From: Catajapyx aquilonaris
Taxonomy: Eukaryota
DNA: 64,000 nucleotides
Direction of reading: 5' to 3'
NCBI GenBank assembly: GCA_000934665.2
Contig: JYFJ02001418.1
Coordinates: 1-64,000, forward strand
Position numbers and translations under genes: made by a program
Notes under the pieces: model-generated
Databases searched by the model: none
What the model saw: the letters and a program-made list of their open reading frames with translations, nothing else
What the model was told of the DNA's origin: nothing
Shown here: one piece after another, positions 63,426-64,000 of the stretch
Numbering within the stretch: position 1 is the stretch's first letter
Layout: each line of letters starts with the position of its first letter

Positions 63426-64000
63426 GTTGTACCAATGTGAGTGATGTGGGAAAAACAGTCATTATCTGTACGATAAAGAGTGAAGGATACGTACTGTTTT
63501 ATTACGGTTATTAATTGAATGTACTTGGAATAATTTAAACAGCAGCCAAAATGAGGAAAGAGAATCAATTATCATTGTACTTTAGACACAAATTGCGGTA
63601 GTTATTTAACTTGAGCAGAATATCAGAGTAATTTATATCCTAAATATTTTTATCTCTAAAACAATGGGACTTAATTATTTCAAAGACAAGCAAAAGAAGG
63701 CATTTAAGACATTTGTTTGTTAATTTACAGTGTATGCCATAGTTGTGGCATGAATGTGAATGATTTGTGTTTAGTTGCGATTTGGTATAGTTGAAGGCCT
63801 TACACTGCATAATTATGTACCCAGCATACTGCCAACATACTAGAGGACCAAAGTTTATTTGAATAACTATAATATTATTAATTCAGCCTTGACTTATTTG
63901 AGGTCTGTTGGACAATAAAATATGCCGGTGTCTCTCTGAATGTAGGAAATGTCTCAGTACATTGCTAATATATTGTCTATCAGGCATACTTGGATGTGCT

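Overview
This is eukaryotic DNA with compact GT-AG introns. It is most likely from an arthropod, given the divergent ionotropic receptors, the takeout/JHBP gene and the innexins. No rRNA, tRNA, CRISPR or prokaryotic features were seen. Gene order: a 5'-truncated ionotropic receptor (IR); a ~24-kb tandem array (2.6-26.7 kb) of latrophilin/Cirl-like adhesion GPCRs; a second IR; an orphan Lys/Ser-repeat gene with an X-box; a Tc1/mariner-type MITE in a (TAAC)-rich tract; CFAP20; staufen (with a ~120-bp satellite in a 5' intron); SLC25A51 (apparent 1-nt frameshift, intronic 31-bp minisatellite); a POC5-like gene; a takeout/JHBP gene; and two divergent innexins. The array holds three apparently intact copies plus one fused, decayed double-ectodomain copy that carries a long-TIR DNA transposon. 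The array is the most notable system. Its lectin-type ectodomains are highly divergent, its GPS/tethered-agonist and TM1-3 exons are almost identical between copies, and three copies share an RxKR-Q furin-type site. All gene models and family calls were made by eye, with no database searches.
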